Of a DNA stretch of 64,000 nt, positions 22,037 through 31,189 are shown in pieces; position 1 is the stretch's first letter, and the number at the start of each line of letters is the position of its first letter. The notes under the pieces are model-generated. The model ran no database searches. It had not been told where the DNA came from and was given only the letters and a program-made list of their open reading frames with translations. The position numbers and the translations under genes were made by a program. Source of the DNA: a bacterium (GTDB taxonomy: Bacteria > UBA8248); NCBI GenBank assembly GCA_965261085.1, contig OZ253442.1, positions 544,001 to 608,000 on the forward strand, given 5' to 3'.

Positions 22037-22459
22037 TTGAGCCTTAAAGTCGCTGGCGTCCTGGAAACGTGTATCTACGCCGAGGATCTCGAAGCGGCGG
22101 AAGCGTTTTACCGCTCCGTCCTGGGGCTGGAGGCGTTCCAGAAAGCGCCCGGCCGCCATGTTTTCTTTTATTGCGGGCCGCATGCGGTCTTCCTCGTATT
22201 CAACCCGGAGGCGACCGTCAGGTCCGACATGAAGCTCGGCGTACCGACGCACGGCGCGGCGGGGCCGGGGCACGTGACGTTCTCCATACGCGAGGCCGAG
22301 ATGACCGACTGGCGGGAGCATTTGGGTTCCGAGGGAATAGCCATCGAAAAAGAAGTCGACTGGCCCGGCGGGGGACGCTCCATCTATTTCAGGGACCCGG
22401 CGGGGAACAGCGTGGAACTCGCCTCTGCGCGCATCTGGCGGCTGGAGGAGCCGTCATAA
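22037..22459 (+). CDS. VOC/glyoxalase family protein
   Basis: LETCIYAEDL, FYRSVLGL, RSIYFRDPAGNSVEL. Confidence 0.88.
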   Translation: MSLKVAGVLETCIYAEDLEAAEAFYRSVLGLEAFQKAPGRHVFFYCGPHAVFLVFNPEATVRSDMKLGVPTHGAAGPGHVTFSIREAEMTDWREHLGSEGIAIEKEVDWPGGGRSIYFRDPAGNSVELASARIWRLEEPS

Positions 22460-22659
22460 AACCCTAACTCATTGTAAATGCTTTTGTTCTGTTTCTATGC
22501 CGCCGATTTTATTTATCGAAAAACATCGTGAATTTATCGTATTTTTCAGGAATTCGCTCGGCTCCGAACGTGCCGACTCGCGGGGAAATCCCGCCACGCT
22601 CCCAGGCTTTCGGCATGATGCCAAATGCGGGGAATTGCGTGGTCAAACGCGACAGATCA

Positions 22660-24181
22660 GGGGTTGTTGAAAAACCCCTGACTCTATGCTTGGATGTATG
22701 GATATTACGCGCCCGAGAAGGGAATATCCGCGATGTTGGGACGCAAGAACCGCGCCCAGATGGATTTGTTCATCACCGGTTCGCTGGAGAGGTTGATTCC
22801 CGAGGATCACATATTGGCCCGCGTGAACCGCGTTCTGGACCTGAGTTGGCTGCGCGAGGAAGTGGCGGATTGTTATTGCGCGGACAACGGCCGTCCTGGG
22901 ATCGACCCCGAAGTGGCGGTTCGGTTGATGTTGGCGGGCCTTCTGCTGGGGTTCGTGCACGACCGTCGGTTGATGCGCGAGGCGCAGGTGAACATCGCGA
23001 TCCGGTGGTTCATCGGTTACGGGCTGGAGGATCGGCTGCCGGATCATTCGAGCCTGACGCGGATACGGCAGCGCTGGGGGGAGGCCCGGTTCCGGGAGAT
23101 ATTCCGCCGCACGGTCCGTGCGTGCCTGGATGCGAAGGTGGCCAAGGCCGAAGTCGTGCACGTGGACGCCTCATTGATCCGCGCGGACGTGAGTTGGGAG
23201 AGTCTGGTGGAGCGTCACGTGGACGAGGTGATAGCGGAGAACCCCGTCGAGGAGGAGGCCGGGAAGAAGGGTGGAGGAGGCCGCCGTGGCGGGGGTTCCG
23301 GGAAGGTGAGCCGGACGGACCCGGACGCGCGGCTGGCGAGAACGGGCGGGGGATTCGAGCCGAGCTACAAGCAGCACGCTGTGGTGGACGACACGCGCGG
23401 GGTGGTGCTCGACGTATCGGTGACGGAGGGTACGGTGAACGAGCGTGAGGTGCTCGAATCGCAGGTGGAAGCGGTATGCGAGGTATCGGGGCGCGCGCCC
23501 GCGATGGTGACGGCGGACTCTGGCTACGCCTACTCGAAGGTCTACGCGGCCCTGGAGCGCCGGGGTGTGGCCGCGCTCATTCCGGCGAAGAGGGAACCCT
23601 CGCAGAGCCGTGTTCCGTTGCGCCTGTTCCGCTACGACGCGCGGCACGACATCGTGAAGTGTCCGCGCGGCAAGATACTGAGCCCCCGTCGGCCCGCAAA
23701 GGGGGGGCGTTATTATCGTTCGAAGACCCGTGATTGCGCGGGCTGCGCGCTTCGCGAGGATTGCCTGCCGAAGGCGTGGTCGAGCAAGGTGGTGTTGGTT
23801 CCGCATGCGTATCCGGCGCTGTTGCGCGCGCGCCGGCGCCATGCGCGATGGAGGGAGGAGGAGCGGCGGATGTACCGGCGTCATATGTGGCGCTCGGAGG
23901 GCTACCACGGCGAGGCGAAGACCTGGCACGGGCTTGCGCGCGCGGTGCGGCGCGGTCTTGAGAACATGAAGATACAGTCCTACCTGACGGCGGCGGCGAT
24001 CAACCTCAAGCGGCTCTCCGCCGCACTTGCTGCAAGGTTATTCGCCCTCTGGAGGGCCTGGTCGGCCCGGGAAGAGCCTCTGTGCGTCCATCGCGGCCTC
24101 GCAAGCTGCGTGGGCTTCCTGTCCGCCGCCGCGTGACCCTCCATACCGCCCGCTCCCGAAACCGGGTTATTCAACAACCCC
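22660..24181 (+). mobile_element. IS1182-family insertion sequence
   Basis: Terminal IRs GGGGTTGTTGAAAAACCC (22660-22677) and GGGTTATTCAACAACCCC (24164-24181), 17/18 match; flanking direct repeat GATCA at 22655-22659 and 24182-24186. Confidence 0.92.
22733..24136 (+). CDS. IS1182-family DDE transposase
   Basis: LIPEDHIL, GRPGIDP, LPDHSSL.R.R, VDASLIRA, SRTDPDA, TADSGY, Cys cluster, E...GEAK..HGL. Confidence 0.92.
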   Translation: MLGRKNRAQMDLFITGSLERLIPEDHILARVNRVLDLSWLREEVADCYCADNGRPGIDPEVAVRLMLAGLLLGFVHDRRLMREAQVNIAIRWFIGYGLEDRLPDHSSLTRIRQRWGEARFREIFRRTVRACLDAKVAKAEVVHVDASLIRADVSWESLVERHVDEVIAENPVEEEAGKKGGGGRRGGGSGKVSRTDPDARLARTGGGFEPSYKQHAVVDDTRGVVLDVSVTEGTVNEREVLESQVEAVCEVSGRAPAMVTADSGYAYSKVYAALERRGVAALIPAKREPSQSRVPLRLFRYDARHDIVKCPRGKILSPRRPAKGGRYYRSKTRDCAGCALREDCLPKAWSSKVVLVPHAYPALLRARRRHARWREEERRMYRRHMWRSEGYHGEAKTWHGLARAVRRGLENMKIQSYLTAAAINLKRLSAALAARLFALWRAWSAREEPLCVHRGLASCVGFLSAAA

Positions 24182-24296
24182 GATCAGGGAGCGATTGCGG
24201 TTTCCGGCCGGGGAGCTCGGGCTTCCCCGATGAGCGGGAACCGCGAAAACCACGTTTCAACCACTGGGTCAGGCCGCGACCTGACCCTGCCGCCCA

Positions 24297-25139
24297 TCAC
24301 CCTCCTCCCGCGCCGGTCCTTCTCACCACCCCCACCACCGCCGGTCGGGCGCAGCGGAACCCCACCCCGTGGTTCGACTCATAAGGCGCGTAGCCGGTGC
24401 GAAAGGCGGAGCGCATCAGAAAGCGGCTGTTGAACCACGCGCCGCCGCGCAAGACTTTCACGCTGCCCGCACCCGGTCCTTTCGGGTTTTTCCCGGGCAT
24501 GTGCGCGTAGAAATTCCCCCGGTACCAGTCCGCCACCCACTCCATCGCGTTTCCCGCCATGTCCATCGCGCCGTAAGGACTCGCTCCCAGCGGCCTGCCG
24601 CCTACGCTCCATGTGGCGAACCCCTTGCTGCAGGAGGGAATCTCACCGCCCATGACGGCCCGCGCGCACGTCGCCCGCTCGTTTCCCCACGGGTAGATGC
24701 GCCCATCGCTACCGCGCGCCGCCTTTTCCCACTCCGCCTCGGTGGGCAGGCGCCTGCCCACGCGCGCGCAATAATCGCGCGCCTGAAACCAGGTGACGCC
24801 CACGACGGGCTGCTCGGGTTCTTCGAACGAACCCGCGTAGCGATCGGCCGGAGCAAAGAACTTGCGGAAGCGCCGGTTGGTCACCTCGTATTTGTCGATG
24901 TAGAAGGCTTTCAGGTATATCCGGCGGCGCGGCGTTTCGTTGTCGCCGAAAATGTAGCCGCCCGGAGCCGAACCCATCACGAATTCTCCCGCAGGCACGA
25001 GAACAAGTGGCGCGCCGTCTGTGCCTGTGATTTGTTTAGGCAGCCCCGCGCCTCGGGCGATGCCCACAAATGCCGCCGTCAAGACGAGCGCGAGGAGAGA
25101 GGCAAGCAGAATCGAGTTTTGGGGGTCTCGGCGCATCAT
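24297..25139 (-). CDS. Formylglycine-generating enzyme (FGE/SUMF1) family secreted protein, full-length copy
   Basis: VPAGEFVMG, FYIDKYEVTN, RLPTEAEWEKAARG, DMAGN..EW, RGGAW, GFRCA. Confidence 0.9.
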   Translation of the reverse strand: MMRRDPQNSILLASLLALVLTAAFVGIARGAGLPKQITGTDGAPLVLVPAGEFVMGSAPGGYIFGDNETPRRRIYLKAFYIDKYEVTNRRFRKFFAPADRYAGSFEEPEQPVVGVTWFQARDYCARVGRRLPTEAEWEKAARGSDGRIYPWGNERATCARAVMGGEIPSCSKGFATWSVGGRPLGASPYGAMDMAGNAMEWVADWYRGNFYAHMPGKNPKGPGAGSVKVLRGGAWFNSRFLMRSAFRTGYAPYESNHGVGFRCARPAVVGVVRRTGAGGG

Positions 25140-25248
25140 GAACGCTCACAAGGCGGTAAGTATCCTCTCCTTTTTATATTATAGACGATGACAGACTTGA
25201 AAACGGGGCGCGGAGTTCGATGTGGGATAAGGTACGTCCCGAACAGCC

Positions 25249-25376
25249 GTAGGGGCGGGCCCCCGTGCCCGCCCGTGTAATATGAGGACGCCACACAGAA
25301 CGCCACAGGGACAACACGCCATGTTTGTCCCACTCCGAGCGGCGCGAGCAGGACAGACTCAGAGGCCTGTCCCTAC
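25249..25376. repeat. GTAG-type REP-like elements in inverted arrangement
   Basis: GTAGGGGCGGGCCCCCGTGCCCGCCC (25249-25274) and, on the opposite strand, GTAGGGACAGGCCTCTGAGTCTGTCC (25351-25376). Confidence 0.6.
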
Positions 25377-25394
25377 GGGTGGATGGTTCTCCTT

Positions 25395-25422
25395 CGTCAT
25401 TCCGGCGGATGCCGGAATCTAG
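25395..25422. repeat. CGTC-type REP-like palindrome
   Basis: CGTC followed by hairpin ATTCCGGC-GGAT-GCCGGAAT. Confidence 0.5.
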
Positions 25423-25582
25423 GCGGACGAGAGTCACATCAGTTCTGGATTCCGACCTTGAACTGGGGAATCGATTTCATAGTTGAGCAAGGTTGGTAGA
25501 ACGCCAGGTTTTTTGACACAATAGCATAACAATAGTGGTGTTCATGATGAGTAGAAACGGTTAACTCGAAGGCAGTATAGAT

Positions 25583-26752
25583 ATGGTCGAGCGAATAAGA
25601 GCTTCCAATATCGGGCCAGTCAATGAAGCGGATATCCGCTTCGGTGACGTTACAATATTCGTCGGCCCGCAGGCGACCGGAAAAAGTATCTTCTTGCAAC
25701 TCCTGAAACTGCTTGTAGACAAAACTGCAATACACAAGACCATGAAGCACTTCGGCTTGGCGCAGCGCGGCCGCGGCAATGCGAGCACCTTTTTCGATCT
25801 GTATTTCGGCGAAGGCATGGCATCGATCTGGTCGGAGGAGAACAGCAAACTGCTCTTGGGGCAGGCAAGCAAGCCTACTGATCTAACGGTCTACACACGC
25901 CCAAGCCGGCTCGATATTTCGGAAAAACTCTTTTATATACCCGCTCAACGGGTCATGAGCCTGCGCGACGGCATGACCCGTCCGTTTACGGATTACCGGG
26001 CAGGTGACCCCTTCGTTCTGCGGGATTTCAGTGAAAAGCTGCATGGCATCGTACAAAACGAAATCGGTCTCGATGAAGATGTCTTCCCACGCCCGCAACG
26101 TTTGGCGGCGACACTGCGAGAGCCTTTGGAAAAACATATTTTTGGGGGTTTCGGGTTGCGCACGGATACGTCGGGGCACCAGGGGCGTCTGGTTCTGAAT
26201 CAGAGTAACGGTCGCAATCTGCCTTACCTCGTATGGTCGGCCGGGCAGCGTGAATTCGTGCCGCTGTTGCTTGGGCTTTATTGGCTTCTACCGCCGTCCA
26301 AAACGCCGACCCGCGACGATATTGAATGGGTTGTGATCGAAGAACCGGAAATGGGGCTACATCCGAACGGAATCGGAGCAGTTCTCAACCTTGTCATGGA
26401 ATTGCGGTTGCGCGGTTACCGCGTTTGCATTTCCACTCATTCGCCCCATGTCCTCGATGTCATATGGGCGCTGCGCTTCTTTCAGGAGAACGGCGGAGAA
26501 ACCGGAGATGTTCTGAAGCTTCTCGGCCTTGCTCGCAATAACAAAACGCGGAAATTGTCTGGTGCTGCTCTAACGAGCGAGTTCAGAACATATTATTTCA
26601 AACGGGACGGCTTTGTTCATGACATATCCGACCTCGATCCCGGATCGGATGATATCGCTGAAGGAGGCTGGGGTGGTCTCACCGAATTCTCCGGCAATAT
26701 AGGGGACATTGTCGCTGAAGTCGCTAACCGCCTGCCGACCGATGCGTCATGA
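25583..26752 (+). CDS. Stand-alone ABC-type ATPase (AAA_15/AAA_21-like)
   Basis: N..P/GPQATGKS Walker A, YIPAQR, SAGQ signature, IEEPEMGLHP Walker B/D-loop, STHSP H-loop; no TM segments. Confidence 0.85.
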   Translation: MVERIRASNIGPVNEADIRFGDVTIFVGPQATGKSIFLQLLKLLVDKTAIHKTMKHFGLAQRGRGNASTFFDLYFGEGMASIWSEENSKLLLGQASKPTDLTVYTRPSRLDISEKLFYIPAQRVMSLRDGMTRPFTDYRAGDPFVLRDFSEKLHGIVQNEIGLDEDVFPRPQRLAATLREPLEKHIFGGFGLRTDTSGHQGRLVLNQSNGRNLPYLVWSAGQREFVPLLLGLYWLLPPSKTPTRDDIEWVVIEEPEMGLHPNGIGAVLNLVMELRLRGYRVCISTHSPHVLDVIWALRFFQENGGETGDVLKLLGLARNNKTRKLSGAALTSEFRTYYFKRDGFVHDISDLDPGSDDIAEGGWGGLTEFSGNIGDIVAEVANRLPTDAS

Positions 26753-27231
26753 CCTTCAAGAAGGCGGTCGAGGCCGCGCCGCCCCCGGTGAATCTCGCGT
26801 ATTGTCCCGGGAAACAGGCCTTGGAGAACAGACATCGCGGACTAGTGACATGCACCGATTCACGACGGCTGACCGGGAGTATCTATCTGGACTCGGCCTT
26901 GGCGCAAGAGCCGGGTTACACCGATAAACCGCGTTGGGATTACAGTCTCGGCTACAAGCCACAGAACGGACGGGAACACGCGGTATGGGTAGAAGTGCAC
27001 TCGGCGACGACAAAAGAAGTTTCTGCGGTTCTCAAGAAACTGCAGTGGCTACGGGACTGGTTGAATAGCGAAGCCGAGCAACTCAAGAAGATGACAGATT
27101 TCGCCAAAAACGACATTCGTTTCGTGTGGATTGCCAGTTCCAGTGTCAAAATTCTTCAGAATTCCCCTCAAGCCCGGCGGCTCAGCCAAAGCGGTATCCG
27201 AGGTGTGAAGAAGTGTCTTAAGTTGCCATGA
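26749..27231 (+). CDS. Hypothetical protein coupled to the ATPase, possible PD-(D/E)xK-like fold
   Basis: ATGA overlap with the ATPase stop; RWDY...VWVEVH...KKLQWL pattern. Confidence 0.65.
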   Translation: MTFKKAVEAAPPPVNLAYCPGKQALENRHRGLVTCTDSRRLTGSIYLDSALAQEPGYTDKPRWDYSLGYKPQNGREHAVWVEVHSATTKEVSAVLKKLQWLRDWLNSEAEQLKKMTDFAKNDIRFVWIASSSVKILQNSPQARRLSQSGIRGVKKCLKLP

Positions 27232-27290
27232 TTTGTCACCACCCCTCGGATAGAGATTGCCATTGGACGAGGACGACTCTCTTTATGGAT

Positions 27291-28073
27291 TCATCGAACG
27301 GTGCGAAAGGCGGAGCGCATCAAAAAGCGGCTGTTAAACCACGCGCCGCCGCGCAAGACTTTCACGCTGCCCGCACCCGGGCCTTTCGGGTTTTTCCCGG
27401 GCATATGCGCGTAGAAATTCCCCCGGTACCAGTCCGCCACCCATTCCATCGCGTTTCCCGCCATATCCATCGCCCCAAAAGGACTCGCGCCCAGCGGCCT
27501 GCTTCCCACGCTCCAGGTGGCGAACCCCTTGCTGCAGGAGGGAATCTCACTGCCCATGACGGCCCGCGCGCACGTCGCCCGCTCATCCCCCCACGGGTAG
27601 GTGCGCCCATCGCTACCGCGCGCCGCCTTTTCCCACTGCGCCTCGGTGGGCAGGCGCCTGCCCACGCGCACGCAATAATCGCGCGCCTGAAACCAGGTGA
27701 CGCCAACGACGGGCTGCTCGGGCTCCTCGAACGAGCCCGCGTAGCGATCGGCCGGAGCAAAGAACTTGCGGAAGCGCCGGTTGGTCACCTCGTATTTGTC
27801 GATGTAGAAGGCTTTGAGGTATATCCGGCGGCGCGGCGTTTCGTTGTCGCCGAAAATGTACCCGCCCGAAGCCGAGCCCATTACGAAATCCCCCGCCGGA
27901 ACGAGGAGCAGGGGTGCGCCGTCCAGGCCGGTGATCTGCTTGGGTAACTCCGCGCCCCGGGCGACGCTCACCCACGCCGCCGCGAGAAAGAGTGTTAGGT
28001 AAACGGTGAGTGGAAAATGGTTCTTGCGACCCTGAAACATCGTGGATACCCGCAAGGCGGAAAGTATTTTCAT
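27291..28073 (-). pseudogene. FGE/SUMF1 family protein, C-terminally truncated duplicate
   Basis: Near-identical to 24297-25139 over the core, but ends RSAFRTVR* and lacks the conserved GFRC terminal strand. Confidence 0.7.
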
Positions 28074-28127
28074 CCTTCATATTATAGACGATGAACGGCC
28101 CCTACTTGGTAAATGAACAAACGGATT

Positions 28128-28279
28128 GTAGGGGCGGACCTGTGTGTCCGCCCGCGCGGGGCAATCGCGAACCATGCCGACGCAACCGGGGCAGGATTCG
28201 CGGCAAAGATACGCCGTCGGCGAGCCTCCGCCAAAACCGCGCGAACGCAAACAGGGCGGACACACAGGTCCGCCCCTAC
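28128..28279. repeat. REPIN-like element: perfect 26-bp inverted REP pair
   Basis: GTAGGGGCGGACCTGTGTGTCCGCCC (28128-28153) is the exact reverse complement of 28254-28279; 100-bp spacer. Confidence 0.8.
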
Positions 28280-28444
28280 TCCAAAATAAAAGCTCCCCCC
28301 CACCGGCGCGACTGTGGAATTCCCCTCTTCGGTCGGAATTGACCCCCCTGTTGCAATTCCCCGCCCCGCCTTCTAGGATATTCCGCGTTCGCGCGCACCC
28401 GCGCCGCGAACTTATCACCCTTCCAAAAACGCGAGGATACAAGC

Positions 28445-30142
28445 GTGAAAACCGCACTGACCCTCATCGCCACCCTTTGTGTTTTCCTCATGGCGCAGTC
28501 TACGCATGCCGCGCGCGGAGCAGACGGGCGCCTGCGCATCATCTATTGGCAGGCGCCCTCCACCATGAACCCCTATCTATCGGGCGGCACCAAGGAGATA
28601 GAGGCCGCATCGCTGGTCCTGGAGCCCCTCGCGCGCTACGACCAGAACGGCGACATGAGACCCTGGCTCGCCGTACAAGTTCCCACGCTGGAAAACGGCG
28701 GCGTGGCGGCGGATTTGCGGAGCATCACCTGGAAACTCAAGGGCGGCGTCAAATGGGCCGACGGGACGCCGCTCACGGCGAAGGACGTGGTTTTCACGTG
28801 GAAATACTGCACGCATCCCCAGGGGGGCTGCTCCCAAAGCGAGAAATACAACGACGTGAAAAACGTGGAGGCCTTGGGCCCGCGAACGGTGCGCGTGACC
28901 TTCGGCGTCGCGAAACCCTTTCCCTACGGGCCGTTCGTCGGCGCGCAAGCCCCGATCATCCAGGCCGCGCAGTTCGCCGACTGCCTGGGCGCCAAGGCGC
29001 CGCGCTGCACCAACGCCAACTTCAAGCCCGTGGGCACGGGGCCGTTCGTCGTATCTGAATTCCGCCCGAACGACGTCATCTCCTTCGCCGCCAACCGCCA
29101 CTACCGCGACCCGGCCAAGCCGGCCTTCGCGCGGGTGACCTTCAAGGGAGGCGGCGACGCGGCGGCGGCGGGCCGCGCGGTGCTCGAGACCGGCGAGTTC
29201 GACTACGCCTGGAACCTGCAACTCGCCCCGGACGTGCTGGCGAACATGCGCAAGGCGGGCAAGGGGGTGGTCATCTCCTCGTTCGGCACGCTGGTCGAGC
29301 GTATCATCATGAACCTCACGAATCCGGATCCTAAACTCGGCAAGGAGCGATCCACCGCCAAACACCCCCACCCGTTCTTATCGGACATCCGCGTGCGCAA
29401 GGCGCTCTCGATGGCCATCGACAGAAAGCTGCTTGTGGAGATCGGCTACGGCGCGGCGGGCAGGCCGACGTGCAACATCCTCCCCGCCCCCGCCATTTAT
29501 AAGTCCACCGCCAACGATGCGTGCCTCAAACAGGACATCCCCGGCGCGAACAAGCTGCTCGATGCGGCGGGCTGGAAGCGCGGGGCAGGCGGCGTGCGGC
29601 GCAAGGGGGGCGTGAAACTCTCGATTCTCTACCAGACTTCCACCAACGCCGTGCGCCAGGATTTTCAGGCGCTCATCAAGCAGTGGTGGTCCAAGATCGG
29701 GGTCGAGACGGAGCTCAGGAACATCAGCGCCTCGGTGTTTTTCGGCGGCGACCCGGGAAGCGGGGACACGTTCCAGAAATTCCGCGCCGACGTGCAAATG
29801 TACGCGAATAACTTCGACGGCACCGACCCTGAATCCTACATGGCGAACTGGGCGTGCAAGGAAGCGCCTCGTCCCGCCACCCAGTGGCAGGGCAACAACA
29901 TGCCGCGCTACTGCGACGCCGCCTACGACGCGCTCGTCGCCAAGATGGCGCGCGCGGGCGCGCTTAAAGAGAGGGCCCGTCTCGCCAAAGCCATGAACGA
30001 CAAGCTCATGCAGGCCTACGCCCTCATTCCGCTTGTCGACCGCGGCCGCGTATCGGCCCATGCCAAAACGCTGGGCGGCGTCATCCTCAACACCTGGGAT
30101 TCGGAATTGTGGAACATCGCCGACTGGCGCCGCGTCAAGTAG
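28445..30142 (+). CDS. Peptide ABC transporter substrate-binding protein
   Basis: Signal peptide, WQAPSTMNPYLSGG, VKWADGTPLTA.DV, GTGPF, VRKALSMAIDR. Confidence 0.92.
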   Translation: MKTALTLIATLCVFLMAQSTHAARGADGRLRIIYWQAPSTMNPYLSGGTKEIEAASLVLEPLARYDQNGDMRPWLAVQVPTLENGGVAADLRSITWKLKGGVKWADGTPLTAKDVVFTWKYCTHPQGGCSQSEKYNDVKNVEALGPRTVRVTFGVAKPFPYGPFVGAQAPIIQAAQFADCLGAKAPRCTNANFKPVGTGPFVVSEFRPNDVISFAANRHYRDPAKPAFARVTFKGGGDAAAAGRAVLETGEFDYAWNLQLAPDVLANMRKAGKGVVISSFGTLVERIIMNLTNPDPKLGKERSTAKHPHPFLSDIRVRKALSMAIDRKLLVEIGYGAAGRPTCNILPAPAIYKSTANDACLKQDIPGANKLLDAAGWKRGAGGVRRKGGVKLSILYQTSTNAVRQDFQALIKQWWSKIGVETELRNISASVFFGGDPGSGDTFQKFRADVQMYANNFDGTDPESYMANWACKEAPRPATQWQGNNMPRYCDAAYDALVAKMARAGALKERARLAKAMNDKLMQAYALIPLVDRGRVSAHAKTLGGVILNTWDSELWNIADWRRVK

Positions 30143-30181
30143 GCCCGCGCGCCGCTTAGGGCCACCGAGGCTTACCAACCG

Positions 30182-31189
30182 ATGGCGACCTACACGTTCA
30201 GGCGGCTGCTCATCGCCGTACCCACGCTCATCTTCATCAGCCTCGTCATATTCCTGCTCTTAGACCTCGCGCCAAGCGACCCGACGGCGAACCTCCCCCT
30301 CACGATTCCGCCCGAGGTGCGCCAGAAAATCCGCGAGTCCCTAGGATTAGGCGAGCCCATCCACATCCGCTATCTGCTGTGGTGCAAGCAGTTTTTCATC
30401 AACGAACCGCTGAACGTGCTCGACGCCCTGCTCGGCCACGCGGGCGACTCCGAGCGGCTCCGCGTGTTGAGTTGGCAGACGCGCTCCCCGGTCGTCGACT
30501 TGATCGTCGAGCGCTTGCCGCAGACGCTTTGGGTCGTGGGGCTCTCCTACGTCATCGGCGTCTTGATCGCGATACCCATCGGCATCTTCTCGGCCTACCG
30601 ACAATATAGCTGGTTCGACCAGATAGGCACTTTCGTCTCCACCGTGGGGTTTTCCGTGCCGACGTTTTTCACCGGCGTGTTGCTGATCGTGGTCTTCTCT
30701 GTAGGACTCGGCTGGTTCCCCTCCATCTATGACACCACGCACCGCGTGACGGACTGGAGCAGCTTTCTCGTCCAGGTGCGCCAGATGGCCATGCCGGTCT
30801 TCGTACTCGCCCTGTACAACGCAGCGCAAATCAGCCGGTTCATGCGCGCCTCCATGCTCGAGAACTTAAGCCAGGACTACGTGCGCACCGCCCGGGGCAA
30901 GGGCTTTCACGAGCGGCGGATTCTCTTCGTCCACGTCCTGCGCAACTCGATGATTCCCGTCGTCACCATCATCGCGCTGGGCGTGCCGCAGGTGTTCGGG
31001 GGGGCGATCATCACCGAGCAGATCTTCAAGGTGAACGGGCTGGGGCAGTTGCTCATCGTCGCCATCCAGGGGGGGGATCTCCCGACCGTCCAGACGCTGA
31101 CCTTCATCTTCGCGGTGCTGATCGTGGCGTTCAACCTCGTCGCCGACATCCTCTACGGGGTTCTGGACCCCACCATCCGCTATGACTAG
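30182..31189 (+). CDS. Peptide ABC transporter permease (OppB-like)
   Basis: TM helices, QDYVRTARGKG, ITEQIF. Confidence 0.92.
   Translation: MATYTFRRLLIAVPTLIFISLVIFLLLDLAPSDPTANLPLTIPPEVRQKIRESLGLGEPIHIRYLLWCKQFFINEPLNVLDALLGHAGDSERLRVLSWQTRSPVVDLIVERLPQTLWVVGLSYVIGVLIAIPIGIFSAYRQYSWFDQIGTFVSTVGFSVPTFFTGVLLIVVFSVGLGWFPSIYDTTHRVTDWSSFLVQVRQMAMPVFVLALYNAAQISRFMRASMLENLSQDYVRTARGKGFHERRILFVHVLRNSMIPVVTIIALGVPQVFGGAIITEQIFKVNGLGQLLIVAIQGGDLPTVQTLTFIFAVLIVAFNLVADILYGVLDPTIRYD

Noticed and set aside
24297-28073. Diversity-generating retroelement, since FGE/C-lectin domains are classic DGR targets and two similar copies are present
   Set aside because: No reverse transcriptase or Avd gene in the window. 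Differences between the copies are scattered, not adenine-specific, and the second copy lacks the 3' region where a VR/TR would end.
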